From Rhodothermales bacterium (GTDB lineage: Bacteria; Bacteroidota; Rhodothermia; Rhodothermales; UBA10348), in the NCBI GenBank assembly GCA_029249345.1, contig JAQWHM010000015.1:73036-137035 (forward strand): DNA of 64,000 nucleotides, read 5' to 3'. The translations under genes and the position numbers were made by a program. The notes below the pieces were generated by a model. The model was not told where the DNA came from. It was given only the letters and a program-made list of their open reading frames with translations, and made no database searches. Below, in pieces: positions 28,273 through 38,051 of the stretch (the stretch's first letter is position 1; the number at the start of each line of letters is the position of its first letter).

Positions 28273-28301
28273 CAGGGCGGGGGCCTGCGGCCCCCGCCCT
28301 G
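28273..28301 (-). terminator. Intrinsic terminator (minus-strand orientation)
   Basis: Perfect 13-bp stem CAGGGCGGGGGCC / GGCCCCCGCCCTG with a 3-nt loop. On the minus strand it is followed by TTTTGGTTTGG. Confidence 0.8.
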
Positions 28302-28584
28302 TAAACACCTGGCAACAGAGCCAGTGCGAAATCCACGGTCGGAGGAGAACTCCAAAAGTGAATTCAAACCGGATCTGACAGCGACCCTCCCAAGCCGATT
28401 CTACCAGTCGTGCTTATTTGATTTCCCGAGTAGTCTATTTCTACGAGCTTCAATTATATCGTCTTTTGCTGATGACGGTTCGATAGCTCTAGCTTCTCAA
28501 GCTGGTTCTCTATTTAAGCTGTGCCGCCATCTGAATTTTGAATGTTCATAGCCCGTTTCTGTGAGTCCATCGGACCATTTCAGA

Positions 28585-29481
28585 CTAAGGATTCCAGCGG
28601 TATTGCTCTAGGAGTTCACGAATACGGTTTTCAACGATTTCGTCTCTAAGCGATTCTCGCTCCTTCAGTCGCTCCTTGAGCTCAGTGAGGCGCAGGGACA
28701 ACTGCTCAATTTCGACTCGTCGATTTTCCTGCTTCAGTTGGAAAATCTTTTCAAGTGCACTTCTGAGTTCAGCAGTCAATTTTTCTTGATCACTCCGTGT
28801 TTCTGCATCCCGAACAAGCATGGCTAGGTGATGGGTTTGCATTTCCATCTCATTTTCCCTGACCAGTTCGTCGTACAGGAATCGATTGTCATCCTGAATG
28901 TCATCGAGATATGATTCAAATTGTAGAACGGGGAACGACCTTGCTAATCGTACGGCATTTTCAGCCTCAACCGAAAGCTGACGTGCTAGCAGAGCCTGCT
29001 CAGGAACGGCCCCTGATTCAATTTTCAAGCGGATGTTCTCAACTTCAGCTGCCCGTTCGTTAAGGGCCTCGAAATATCCGCTGACTACAACATTGGTTGG
29101 TGCCGATCTTCGCTCTATCAAACGAAAAGGGATACTCTCTCTTGAGGAAAAGAAGACATTGAGAGTACCTTCTTCTAATACGGACTCCGGTGCCTCGATG
29201 AGTTTCCCCCCTGATATCATGTAGGCAACTCCGTTGAGCTCCATGATGGCACTTTCATCGCCCCAGAATTGGACCATGGTTTTGTCGTTCAAGTCCATCA
29301 AGGACTTAGGGAGATCTTCAGTGGCCACTTTCTTGCCGTCAATAAAGACGGTCCCTTTTTCGATAGAGATTTTGTACTGTTTTTGAGCAAAATCAGGGGT
29401 TTGTGCGATGGCGGTGGTCTGCACGATGGCAAATAGCGCGAAACCGGTAAGTATAGTCTGTATAGTTCTTTTCATAGTCAT
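28585..29481 (-). CDS. Periplasmic protein with C-terminal coiled-coil, third gene of the ECF sigma module (function unknown; possibly Spy/CpxP-like)
   Basis: 298 aa. Signal peptide ...TTAIAQ. The C-terminal third is heptad-like and charged (ELRSALEKIFQLKQENRRVEIEQLSLRLTELKERLKERE). Confidence 0.7.
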   Translation of the reverse strand: MTMKRTIQTILTGFALFAIVQTTAIAQTPDFAQKQYKISIEKGTVFIDGKKVATEDLPKSLMDLNDKTMVQFWGDESAIMELNGVAYMISGGKLIEAPESVLEEGTLNVFFSSRESIPFRLIERRSAPTNVVVSGYFEALNERAAEVENIRLKIESGAVPEQALLARQLSVEAENAVRLARSFPVLQFESYLDDIQDDNRFLYDELVRENEMEMQTHHLAMLVRDAETRSDQEKLTAELRSALEKIFQLKQENRRVEIEQLSLRLTELKERLKERESLRDEIVENRIRELLEQYRWNP

Positions 29482-29523
29482 TCCTCCAACCGTGTAATGG
29501 TCGAGAGCTCCCTTTCGTATGTG

Positions 29524-30165
29524 CTAGTTATTGGATCCGGCTGTTTGGAAGCCTCGATTCTGAGACGTTGGAAGTACTTCGAGTGGAAGTGCTCCAGATC
29601 CCCAATCGGTTCCATTAGACGGGTTCAAAGTGATTATGCGACGATGTAGATTTGGGAGGGAAGAATCGTCATCCCAAGCCAAGCGGGACTGTCGCTCGCT
29701 GGCTTGACGCAATGCGTTTTGTCTTGGTGGAACGTAGCGGTATAAAGATTCCGGAGGTACCACTGAATCATCAGCGAGTGCACTTGGCGCGGAGGCCGGC
29801 ACTTGATTTGATGAACCCCCAATCCAGCCCATGCCGACTCCAAATAAAATGGCGGCTGCAAGGGATAGAGCTGGGATAAGAATTTTTTTAAGTGAATGAG
29901 TTCGGGCAATCGGCTTACGGTCGCGTCTTTTGAGCGTTAGATTTTCATCTGTACCCGCTGCAGCCGCAGCAATAATGTGATCTAGCACATCTTGGCTAGG
30001 ACGCTCTTTCGCTCGATGATCAAGCCTGAACTTGGCTTCACTCAGAGCGGCATGCTCATCGCGAAGTTCCTCATCCTTGAGCAGCGATCGTAGATCGGTG
30101 CTCTGAGGTAATTCACCGTAGAGGTGGAGTAATATGTCTCGTTTGTCGTTTTTCATTTTATTCAC
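29524..30165 (-). CDS. Putative anti-sigma factor (single-pass membrane protein)
   Basis: 213 aa. It overlaps the sigma gene by 8 nt. The N-terminal cytoplasmic helix region is followed by one TM (ILIPALSLAAAILFGVGMGWIGG) and a periplasmic tail. The assignment rests on position and topology only. Confidence 0.6.
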   Translation of the reverse strand: MNKMKNDKRDILLHLYGELPQSTDLRSLLKDEELRDEHAALSEAKFRLDHRAKERPSQDVLDHIIAAAAAGTDENLTLKRRDRKPIARTHSLKKILIPALSLAAAILFGVGMGWIGGSSNQVPASAPSALADDSVVPPESLYRYVPPRQNALRQASERQSRLAWDDDSSLPNLHRRIITLNPSNGTDWGSGALPLEVLPTSQNRGFQTAGSNN

Positions 30166-30763
30166 CGACTTCCGTGAGATCCTTGATTTCTTCAGTAGAC
30201 ATCATGCGTCGCAGGTTTATCAGCGCGTAGCGCATGCGTCCGAGGGCTGTGTTAATGGAACACCCCGTGAGATCCGCAATCTCTCGAAATGTTAGATCTG
30301 CTTCGTGTCTGAGAAGGAGGACTTCCTTTTGCTCATTAGACAGTGCGTCGATACAGACTTTCAATACATCCGCCTGCTGGCTTAGGTGCATTTTAAAATC
30401 GGCAGCGGGCTCATGGTCTGGCAACCGTTCCCAATAAGAGGTTGCGTCGTCTTCGTTGGATCCGGGTACGTCCTGCCATTTCTTTCTGGCACGAAGATGG
30501 TCCAACGCGGCATTTCTGGCGATGCGCATGACCCAGGCCAGAAATTTTCCTTGAGTGGTATACGATCCCCGTTGTTTTGACAGGGCCGATATGACTCTCA
30601 AATACGTATCCTGAAACAGGTCATTGGCCACTTCGCGATTGCGCACCATTCCCAGCAGGTATCCGAATACCCGTTCTTGATGTCGGTTTACCAGCGTGTG
30701 AAAGGCGGCTTGGTCGCCGGATTCCACATACCTGGATACCAGAACTTCATCAGCTGGATGCAT
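30158..30763 (-). CDS. ECF-type RNA polymerase sigma-70 factor
   Basis: 201 aa. Region 2 (DLFQDTYLRVISAL, ARNAALDHLR) and region 4 HTH (LTFREIADLTGCSINTALGRMRYA). Confidence 0.9.
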   Translation of the reverse strand: MHPADEVLVSRYVESGDQAAFHTLVNRHQERVFGYLLGMVRNREVANDLFQDTYLRVISALSKQRGSYTTQGKFLAWVMRIARNAALDHLRARKKWQDVPGSNEDDATSYWERLPDHEPAADFKMHLSQQADVLKVCIDALSNEQKEVLLLRHEADLTFREIADLTGCSINTALGRMRYALINLRRMMSTEEIKDLTEVGE

Positions 30764-30913
30764 GGTAGGCAGTGAAGGTTAAAAGCAGTTCAATCCGGAT
30801 CTCCAGAGCAGCGCACAGCTCAGATTTCCGCATTCTGCAGGTATAACGGGATGTCCTGCGAGATATTGTACGGACGACATCGAAAAAGAAACAACTAGAC
30901 CCGAACGGAATGC

Positions 30914-33073
30914 CTATCGGTGGATTTTGAGCTGCTGACCTATCCGAATGGTGTTGGATGTCAGATTATTCCAACTCTTGATATTGGCTATGGACACGCC
31001 ATATTGTTGCGAAATCTCAATCAGTGTATCTCCTCGCCGGATCGTGTGCGAAATGATCTTGGCTTGAGAGGAATAAATGGAAAGACGTTGATCCACCTTG
31101 ATGTTGGACCCACGGATGTTATTCCATTGCCGGAGCTGAGAAACGGTTACGTCATGCTTTTGTGCTATACCGCTCAACGTATCTCCACGGCGGACCCGGT
31201 ATGTTGCGGGACCACTGGGTGCTGCAGGGGCTGAGCGACCATCTGTATAAATGTTGATGGCCTGTCCCACTTTGATTTTGGATCCACTTAACCCATTCCA
31301 ACCTCTGACTTTGGCCATGGAAACGTTGTGGCCATCCGCGATTTCGCTTAGCGTATCCCCACGTTTCACTTTGTACGTGATGCGCGTCTCTTTTGGTGGG
31401 GCAGGTGTTTCGGTCTTTGTAGCTTCGGTATCTGCAGAGGTAGTCCGGATACTAGCTTTCTGTATCGGGGTCGTCTCACTAGTAGACGGCGTCCGGTTTT
31501 CAGCTATAACTTGCTGCACCAGAATCGGTGAAGTGGCTCTACGTCCGTATTGAACAGTGGACTCAGAAGCATCTGCAAACTGTGTCTCGGTCAAGTTGCT
31601 CTGGTAATCAGCAAACGGTACTACTAGTCGTTGACCGATTCGAATATTTGTTCTGGTCAATCCGTTTTTTTGCATGAGGCGAGATACTGACACGCCAAAC
31701 TGAGATCCGATTCCACTCAACGTGTCTCCACGCTTTACGATGTATTCCCCTGACGGTCGTTTTGCAGACTCGGGGAGCGCATCGTAGGCAGCGATGAATC
31801 CGTCGTGAGATCCCAAGGGAATCCGGAGATAGAACGACCCCATGGTCGGAGGAAGTGATTCCTGCCTTAAATTTGGATTGAGTGCTTTTATCGTGGCCAC
31901 ATCGGTACTGGCCATACCCGCTATGTCAGACAAGGACAACATGCCCGTTACAGGGATCACGTGGTAAGCGTATTGAGGGCCCTCAGGCGGACGCTCCAAT
32001 CCGTATGCCTCAGGGTTCGATGTAATCAGGGCTGTCGCAATAAAGAGGGGGACGTAGTTTCGGGTTTCTTTGGGGATATATGGATAGATATCCCAGTAAG
32101 TAGGTTTGGCTTTACCCGTTTTCTTCATGGCTCGCTTAATGCAGCGGTAGCTACAGTTATATCCAGCAAGCACCATGTGCCAGTCTTCATCATACTGGCG
32201 ATACAGGTCTTTCATGTGGCGGGCAGCCGCTCGTGTGGCTAATTCAGGATCCATACGATCATCGACCCAGGCGTTAACATTCAAGTCGTAGGCTCTTCCA
32301 GTGGCGGCCATAAACTGCCACATGCCAGTAGCTCTTGCCCAGCTTCGGGCGCGGGGGTTCAGACCGGACTCGATCATGGCCAGATATTTTAGCTCATCCG
32401 GGATACCTTCCTCCGCAAAAATCTTCTCGACCATCGGGAAATACGTATCCGCCCGACCGAGCCAGACTTGCATCGACTCACGCCTGTCTCGCAGTAAAAA
32501 TTGCATACTGCTTTCTACCAGCCTGTTCATCGTCATGGGGACTTCCGTACCCACGGGTTGTAGACCACTAGGAACAACATCCTCCAGAAGGGGATCTTCG
32601 ACGACATCCATTGCAGCAAACGTAGCCTTCCTTAGCTCATAGATGTCTCCAAAAGCGGCAAATAGCGTGTCAGAGGGACCATAAACCCGTTCATGTTCTT
32701 CAACAAGTGATTTGTACACATGTAAAAAACGAGTGTCATCAACGACGTCATCGATCAATAATAAAGAGCCGAGCTCTTGGATGGCTAAGTCCAGAATGAA
32801 TACGATGGCATCTTGGTCGCTCCGCGACTCCGCGGCCATGATGTCGCTCTGGAATCCATAGAGTGCAGACAATCTTTCCAAGTAGCCGGAATTACCAACT
32901 TCCGCTTCCATCGCGGAGCGAATGGGAATGGCTCCGGATGAGCGAATGTTGATTGGCTCAGGAGGGAGGACCTCAACTTTTCTGCTCTGTCCCGAGGCGG
33001 ATGACGTCAGAAAAAGTAGAAAAAGGGTCAGGACAGTTATCGAACGCACGATTTGAGATCGGAAGATGGCCAT
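30914..33073 (-). CDS. MltD-like lytic transglycosylase with four C-terminal LysM domains
   Basis: 719 aa. SLT motif ESGLNPRARSWARATGMWQFM. Four LysM repeats (YxVxRGDTLSxIA...). Confidence 0.9.
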   Translation of the reverse strand: MAIFRSQIVRSITVLTLFLLFLTSSASGQSRKVEVLPPEPINIRSSGAIPIRSAMEAEVGNSGYLERLSALYGFQSDIMAAESRSDQDAIVFILDLAIQELGSLLLIDDVVDDTRFLHVYKSLVEEHERVYGPSDTLFAAFGDIYELRKATFAAMDVVEDPLLEDVVPSGLQPVGTEVPMTMNRLVESSMQFLLRDRRESMQVWLGRADTYFPMVEKIFAEEGIPDELKYLAMIESGLNPRARSWARATGMWQFMAATGRAYDLNVNAWVDDRMDPELATRAAARHMKDLYRQYDEDWHMVLAGYNCSYRCIKRAMKKTGKAKPTYWDIYPYIPKETRNYVPLFIATALITSNPEAYGLERPPEGPQYAYHVIPVTGMLSLSDIAGMASTDVATIKALNPNLRQESLPPTMGSFYLRIPLGSHDGFIAAYDALPESAKRPSGEYIVKRGDTLSGIGSQFGVSVSRLMQKNGLTRTNIRIGQRLVVPFADYQSNLTETQFADASESTVQYGRRATSPILVQQVIAENRTPSTSETTPIQKASIRTTSADTEATKTETPAPPKETRITYKVKRGDTLSEIADGHNVSMAKVRGWNGLSGSKIKVGQAINIYTDGRSAPAAPSGPATYRVRRGDTLSGIAQKHDVTVSQLRQWNNIRGSNIKVDQRLSIYSSQAKIISHTIRRGDTLIEISQQYGVSIANIKSWNNLTSNTIRIGQQLKIHR

Positions 33074-33257
33074 TTCGATTACGGGCTACCAATAACGGAT
33101 ATAGATGATCGGCACTTAAAGTAACCTCTCACCATGTGAACCGGATCGTTTGAAGGATAGGCGTTTAGCTGGAATGGAAAAAGATACGACACGGTTCCCT
33201 TGGTGTTGCAATAACACACTTCTCAAACGGGTAAAAATGATTTTCCGCTGGGACCGC

Positions 33258-34811
33258 TTAAAGAGGAATGTTGCCGTGCTTTTTGCGGGGGTTTGTCGCG
33301 ACTTTGTTTTTTAGCATCTCTAGACCGCGAATAAGGCGTAATCGGGTAGTTGATGGCTCAATCACGTCATCCACAAAACCGTGTTCTGCAGCGACATACG
33401 GATTGGCAAAGCGATCTTTGTACTCTTCGGTGATTTGTTGTTCAGTGGCTGCAGGATCATCCGACTCGGCCAACTGCCTACGATAGATGATTTCAACGGC
33501 TCCTTTGGGGCCCATCACGGCAATTTCAGCTGTAGGCCATGCGAAATTCAGATCTCCACGTATATGTTTGGAGTTCATTACGTCATAGGCACCACCGTAT
33601 GCCTTCCGCGTGATGACGGTGATCTTGGGGACCGTTGCCTCGCAGAAAGCATAGAGCAATTTGGCCCCGTTGCGGATAATGCCGCGCCACTCTTGATCCG
33701 TTCCAGGCATAAATCCAGGTACGTCTTCAAACACGAGTAGAGGAATATTGAAGGCATCGCAAAACCGAACAAATCGAGCCCCCTTTATAGAGGAGTCAAT
33801 ATCCAAAACGCCAGCTAACACCGCTGGGTTATTGGCTACAATACCGACAGGCTGCCCATTCATTCGGGCAAAACCAACAATAATATTGGGTGCGAAATCG
33901 GCATGGACCTCAAAGAAATGGCTTTCATCAACGATCATCCCAATGACCGAGCGCATTTCATAGGGTTTGTTCGGGTTGGAAGGGATGATTTCGTTGAGCG
34001 CAGCATCGGCACGGTCCACCTTATCTGCGGTGGGTTTGATAGGAGGAGCTTCCTCGCAATTAGATGGCAGATAGGAATGAAGCTCACGCAAGGCCATCAG
34101 GCATTCCGCTTCACTATTGCAGGCCATGTGGGCCACGCCACTTTTAGATGCATGCGTATCTGCTCCACCCAGTTCCTCACTCGTTACCTCTTCCTGCGTA
34201 ACCGTCTTAACGACGTTCGGTCCCGTTACAAACATATAGCTGGATGAGCGGACCATAAAGATGAAATCAGTGATGGCCGGAGAATATACCGCTCCGCCCG
34301 CGCAGGGCCCCATAACGGCTGATAATTGTGGCACCACGCCTGAAGCCTGCGTGTTTAGCAGGAATATATCTGCGTATCCACCCAACGAAACGACTCCCTC
34401 CTGAATACGAGCACCACCCGAATCGTTCAAACCAATGATAGGGGCTCCGTTTTCAAGAGCCAGTTTCATGATTTTGATAATCTTCTGGGCATGGGCTTGT
34501 CCCAGAGAACCTCCGAAAACGGTAAAATCCTGACTGTATACGTATACGAGTCGACCCTCAATCGTGCCATATCCGGTCACCACTCCATCCCCGTACGGCC
34601 GGTTGTTTTCCAAACCGAAGTCGTGGGTTTGATGCCGTACAAACATGCCGAGTTCTTCGAATGAATCGTCATCCAGCAGGATTTCAATCCGTTCGCGAGC
34701 CGTGAGTTTGCCTTTTGCGTGTTGTCGGTCTATCCGGTCTTGACCACCTCCAAGCTTTGCTTCATCGCGCCGGTTGGCCAAGTCCTGGAGTAGATCTTTT
34801 TTGGAGTGCAT
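33258..34811 (-). CDS. Acyl-CoA carboxylase carboxyltransferase (beta) subunit (propionyl-/methylmalonyl-CoA type)
   Basis: Carboxyl-transferase domain pattern throughout ([30 protein letters not shown]). ATG at 34811 (MHSKKDLL...) avoids overlap with the upstream gene; the track start is 34880. Confidence 0.9.
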   Translation of the reverse strand: MHSKKDLLQDLANRRDEAKLGGGQDRIDRQHAKGKLTARERIEILLDDDSFEELGMFVRHQTHDFGLENNRPYGDGVVTGYGTIEGRLVYVYSQDFTVFGGSLGQAHAQKIIKIMKLALENGAPIIGLNDSGGARIQEGVVSLGGYADIFLLNTQASGVVPQLSAVMGPCAGGAVYSPAITDFIFMVRSSSYMFVTGPNVVKTVTQEEVTSEELGGADTHASKSGVAHMACNSEAECLMALRELHSYLPSNCEEAPPIKPTADKVDRADAALNEIIPSNPNKPYEMRSVIGMIVDESHFFEVHADFAPNIIVGFARMNGQPVGIVANNPAVLAGVLDIDSSIKGARFVRFCDAFNIPLLVFEDVPGFMPGTDQEWRGIIRNGAKLLYAFCEATVPKITVITRKAYGGAYDVMNSKHIRGDLNFAWPTAEIAVMGPKGAVEIIYRRQLAESDDPAATEQQITEEYKDRFANPYVAAEHGFVDDVIEPSTTRLRLIRGLEMLKNKVATNPRKKHGNIPL

Positions 34812-34848
34812 GGGATAGGGCCAATTCAGTGATTCGGAAGGGGACGCC

Positions 34849-36087
34849 TCAGGCGCGGTCGCCTGAATATCGAGATTCAACAGCGTTGGTGAAATCTACA
34901 GCGGATTCTGAGTATATATCCACTTGATACATTCGGAAAACATGATCGGCTATGATTTCCGAAGCCGTTGTCCAATCCGGAGCCGATCCTAATTCGTTCA
35001 TCGTAGCGTTGAATTTATTCTCATCACCATTAAATAAATCGTTAATGAATCGATTCTTGTGATTGATGCCTACACCAAGGACCACGATGGCCGGATCATG
35101 ATACACTGAAGGCTGACCGGCTGTATTTGCTTCGTTTGGTTGAAACTGTTTCCAAAGGGGAACGGCAGCGTCCGGCGTTTCTGACTGTTGGATCGTGGTT
35201 GACTCCTCGGCGTCGTCTGAGACTTGATCTTTCTGACGAAATTTCTGCCAGAGAGGTACGTCTGAGCCTTCATCTTGTAAACCAACTGTCTGCTTTTCTA
35301 CGAGAGGCGCAGTTTTGACTTCTACATCTCCCGAATGAAGTACCTGTCGCAAAATGACATCCAGCGTTCCAACTGTGATTAACTGAGCAGATCGGGATTG
35401 AGCTGCGCTGGTGACGGCTGATGCGATGTCGCTGCGGCCTTTAGACGTATAAAACTGATAAACAAAGGCGACTGGCAAGCCGGGAGAGGACAACGCTACC
35501 ATTTTGATGAGAGGCTGAAGCAGTTTGAGCCAATCTTCCGTGAGGTGATCTCGAGTGAATCGTTGATCTAGGTGGGAAACGGTTTTTTCGAAATCCGGCT
35601 TGAAAATTCTGAGTTCACCTTTTCGTTCCAGGTAGGCATCAACACCCATCCGCAGGTAAGGATAATCAGAAAAATAGCCTGTTTTTCGACGTACATCGTT
35701 GGCAGTGACCGAGTCTGCATCGTTAGGGAAAATGAAGCTCACCAATGTCTCAACAGGAGAGATCAAATAGTTCAGCACATTCTCTACGGCTTGTCGCACG
35801 ATTTTTGAAAACTCTTCTGAAGGAAATCGAGCGGAAAGGGACATGGCCAGAATAGTCTGCCGAAGGGCGACATGAACCCGTTCGTCCTCTACATCAAACC
35901 ATGCGGACTGGGTGGGCATGGACTGAATGGCTTCCAATTCTAGTTTTCTGTCTAGTGTACTGAGCAAGAAATGTCGGATGCTTTCCGGGATTTCTGCACT
36001 TGAAATAGCCGACCTAGACCGCGTTTCGCCTTCCGGAAACGCGGTCAGTATATGATTGATCTGATTTTGAATGGTTTGCTCGCGCAT
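34849..36087 (-). CDS. Hypothetical protein with duplicated VPLWxxF motif
   Basis: The track ORF extends to 36288, but the first 67 codons are Arg/Cys-rich and not protein-like. ATG at 36087 gives [14 protein letters not shown]. No family recognised. Confidence 0.6.
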   Translation of the reverse strand: MREQTIQNQINHILTAFPEGETRSRSAISSAEIPESIRHFLLSTLDRKLELEAIQSMPTQSAWFDVEDERVHVALRQTILAMSLSARFPSEEFSKIVRQAVENVLNYLISPVETLVSFIFPNDADSVTANDVRRKTGYFSDYPYLRMGVDAYLERKGELRIFKPDFEKTVSHLDQRFTRDHLTEDWLKLLQPLIKMVALSSPGLPVAFVYQFYTSKGRSDIASAVTSAAQSRSAQLITVGTLDVILRQVLHSGDVEVKTAPLVEKQTVGLQDEGSDVPLWQKFRQKDQVSDDAEESTTIQQSETPDAAVPLWKQFQPNEANTAGQPSVYHDPAIVVLGVGINHKNRFINDLFNGDENKFNATMNELGSAPDWTTASEIIADHVFRMYQVDIYSESAVDFTNAVESRYSGDRA

Positions 36088-36375
36088 TCCTTTATCACTC
36101 TTTGTTGTTCGTGTACTCCTACGCCAAATCGGTACACAGGTTTGTGCAATTCCGAATCCCGTGCCTAATTGAATAGGATCTAATATGTAAAAACGGTGAA
36201 AGAGCCTAAGGATGGAATACAAACCAACTTCTGATCGTCTACACAGAGGCTGGCTCTGTTTGACAGTCCGAAAAACATTTTGACCCAACCCTTAAGGTAT
36301 TTCTTAGGGGGCCGATAACTTTTTCGAGACGGACTCTGATTCATCCAGGATTTGTCTCAAGGCGGTTTGTCCTCA

Positions 36376-36412
36376 GGAAAAGCTCGGTCCCGTAAGGCCG
36401 GGCTTTTTCCAT
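36376..36412 (+). terminator. Terminator-like hairpin + T-tract ~40 bp upstream of the next gene start (terminator or attenuator)
   Basis: GGAAAAGCTCGGTCC, loop cgtaa, GGCCGGGCTTTTTCC (imperfect, with G-U pairs and one bulge), followed by ATTTTT. Confidence 0.45.
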
Positions 36413-36452
36413 TTTTAGGAAGCCTACTTACCAACCGCCAATTTACAGGAAT

Positions 36453-37736
36453 TTGTACGTGAAACGTCTTTTAGGATCTGCTTTCCTGCTGTTTCTCTTT
36501 GCAACACCCTCATTTGCACAGGACAGTAAGCCAGAAACACTCAATGTCTTTATAGACTGTGATCGCCGCTCATGTGACTTCGATTACATTCGCCGAGAAA
36601 TTCCGTACGTCAACTACGTGAGAGACCGAGTCGGTTCTGATGTGCACGTACTCATTACCCAGCGTGGAACGGGATCTGGTGGAAGAGAATATGAAATGCA
36701 GTTTATGGGTCAGGAAGACCTATCTGTAATGGTTGATACGCTCACCTATTCAGCTGGCGTGACGGAGACGAACACGGAACGTCGAGAAGGAATGACTGAA
36801 ACCCTAGCTCGTGGATTGGTCCGTTTCCTGATGACCACCACTATTGGAGATCGAATTATTGTTTCTGTACCCGTCTACGAAGAATCGGAGGCCCCAGAAA
36901 TGGTACAGGTGATTAATGATCCTTGGAATTTTTGGGTATTCAACGTGAGCTTGAGCGGAGAGATGGACGGGGAGTCGAACCAAAAAGGCTACGAAGTTCA
37001 AGGGCGGATGTCTGCCGATCGCGTTACGGAAGATTGGAAAATCGGGCTTAGCGGTAGATTTCTGTACAATGAAAACGAGTACGACCTCTCTTCTGGAAAA
37101 TTTACGACGACCAACGAAAGCGCTTGGGTCTATGGGCAGGTTGTGAAAAGTCTCAATGCCCACTGGTCGGCTGGACTTACTACGTATTCCAACACGTCAT
37201 CGCGCAACAATACCAAGTTTGCCACCTCGCTTTCGCCAACCGTTGAGTACGCCGTATTTCCGTACTCACAGTCCTCGACAAGGGACTTTCGGTTTCGGTA
37301 TGAGCTGAACTTTCGTCGCTACGAATACGACGAGATAACCGTCTACAATGAAACGACGCAGGTTTTAGTCCAAAATCAGCTTTCAGTCACCGCTAATTTC
37401 AGACAGCCTTGGGGTAATGCCCGCACGCGGATCTCTATCGAGTCGTTTGTGACAGACTTTGAGCAATCTATGTTTGACCTGTACAATATCAGTATGGGAA
37501 GTGAATTGAGTGTGCGAGTTGCCAAAGGGCTTTCGTTCAACGTTGGTGGGGAAGTAAAATGGGTCAAAGACCAGATTTGGTTGCCCCTGGAGACATCTGA
37601 AGACGAAGAAGTGCTCGTTGGGTCGAAAGCGTTGCCCACGGATATTGAGTTTGAGCTGCAATTCGGCTTCAGCTATCGCTTTGGATCGATCTACAATAAT
37701 GTGGTGAATCCTCGATTTAACATGTTTGATTACTAG
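36453..37736 (+). CDS. Hypothetical outer-membrane beta-barrel-like protein
   Basis: 427 aa. The start is TTG 36453 or GTG 36459 (KRLLGSAFLLFLFATPSFAQD signal peptide). Beta-rich C-terminal two-thirds. Confidence 0.7.
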   Translation: MYVKRLLGSAFLLFLFATPSFAQDSKPETLNVFIDCDRRSCDFDYIRREIPYVNYVRDRVGSDVHVLITQRGTGSGGREYEMQFMGQEDLSVMVDTLTYSAGVTETNTERREGMTETLARGLVRFLMTTTIGDRIIVSVPVYEESEAPEMVQVINDPWNFWVFNVSLSGEMDGESNQKGYEVQGRMSADRVTEDWKIGLSGRFLYNENEYDLSSGKFTTTNESAWVYGQVVKSLNAHWSAGLTTYSNTSSRNNTKFATSLSPTVEYAVFPYSQSSTRDFRFRYELNFRRYEYDEITVYNETTQVLVQNQLSVTANFRQPWGNARTRISIESFVTDFEQSMFDLYNISMGSELSVRVAKGLSFNVGGEVKWVKDQIWLPLETSEDEEVLVGSKALPTDIEFELQFGFSYRFGSIYNNVVNPRFNMFDY

Positions 37737-37907
37737 GCAGTAGGGAACCGTCCTACGCACCGAACCAAAGCTACTGACAGACTTGAAGCGAGTGCTATCC
37801 GATACTGGACTTAGCGGAACTAAGAAACCGTAGACCCGACTCGCCGGTGGGCAAGATGGCAGCCCCAGGGCCGGTTGAAGAAGTTAAGAGGTCTACATGG
37901 TGCTGAT

Positions 37908-37955
37908 GGGGTCGACGCTGGGTGAGCGCCGACCCCTCGGGGTTTTTGGGATTTT
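37908..37955 (+). terminator. Intrinsic terminator-like hairpin with T-tracts
   Basis: GGGGTCGACGCT, loop gggtg, AGCGCCGACCCC (one A.C mismatch), then TCGGGGTTTTTGGGATTTTG. An alternative small hairpin ACCCC-tc-GGGGT shares the C-run. Confidence 0.55.
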
Positions 37956-38051
37956 GATTCAGCATTGGCAAGGCTTCATGCCTATATTTCTCGCCAATGT
38001 CTCGATATCGAATAATTCAGACTTGGACACGGATTCCAGGATACCTCCCTC

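Noticed and set aside
28324-28551. 75-aa plus-strand ORF in the gap after the coiled-coil gene; also tested whether the region is tmRNA, RNase P RNA or SRP RNA
   Set aside because: The peptide is not protein-like and has no start context. The hallmark motifs of tmRNA (T-arm plus CCA-end context), RNase P (GAGGAAAGTCC / ACAGAA..CGGCTTA in the correct order) and SRP (GGAAGCAGCC) are absent. The region is kept only as an unclassified candidate ncRNA or 3' UTR.
36088-36288. N-terminal 67-codon extension of ORF 34849-36288
   Set aside because: The extension (MGQNVFRTVKQSQPLCRRSEVGLYSILRLFHRFY…) is compositionally unlike the rest of the protein. An internal ATG at 36087 gives a plausible start, so the region is treated as intergenic.
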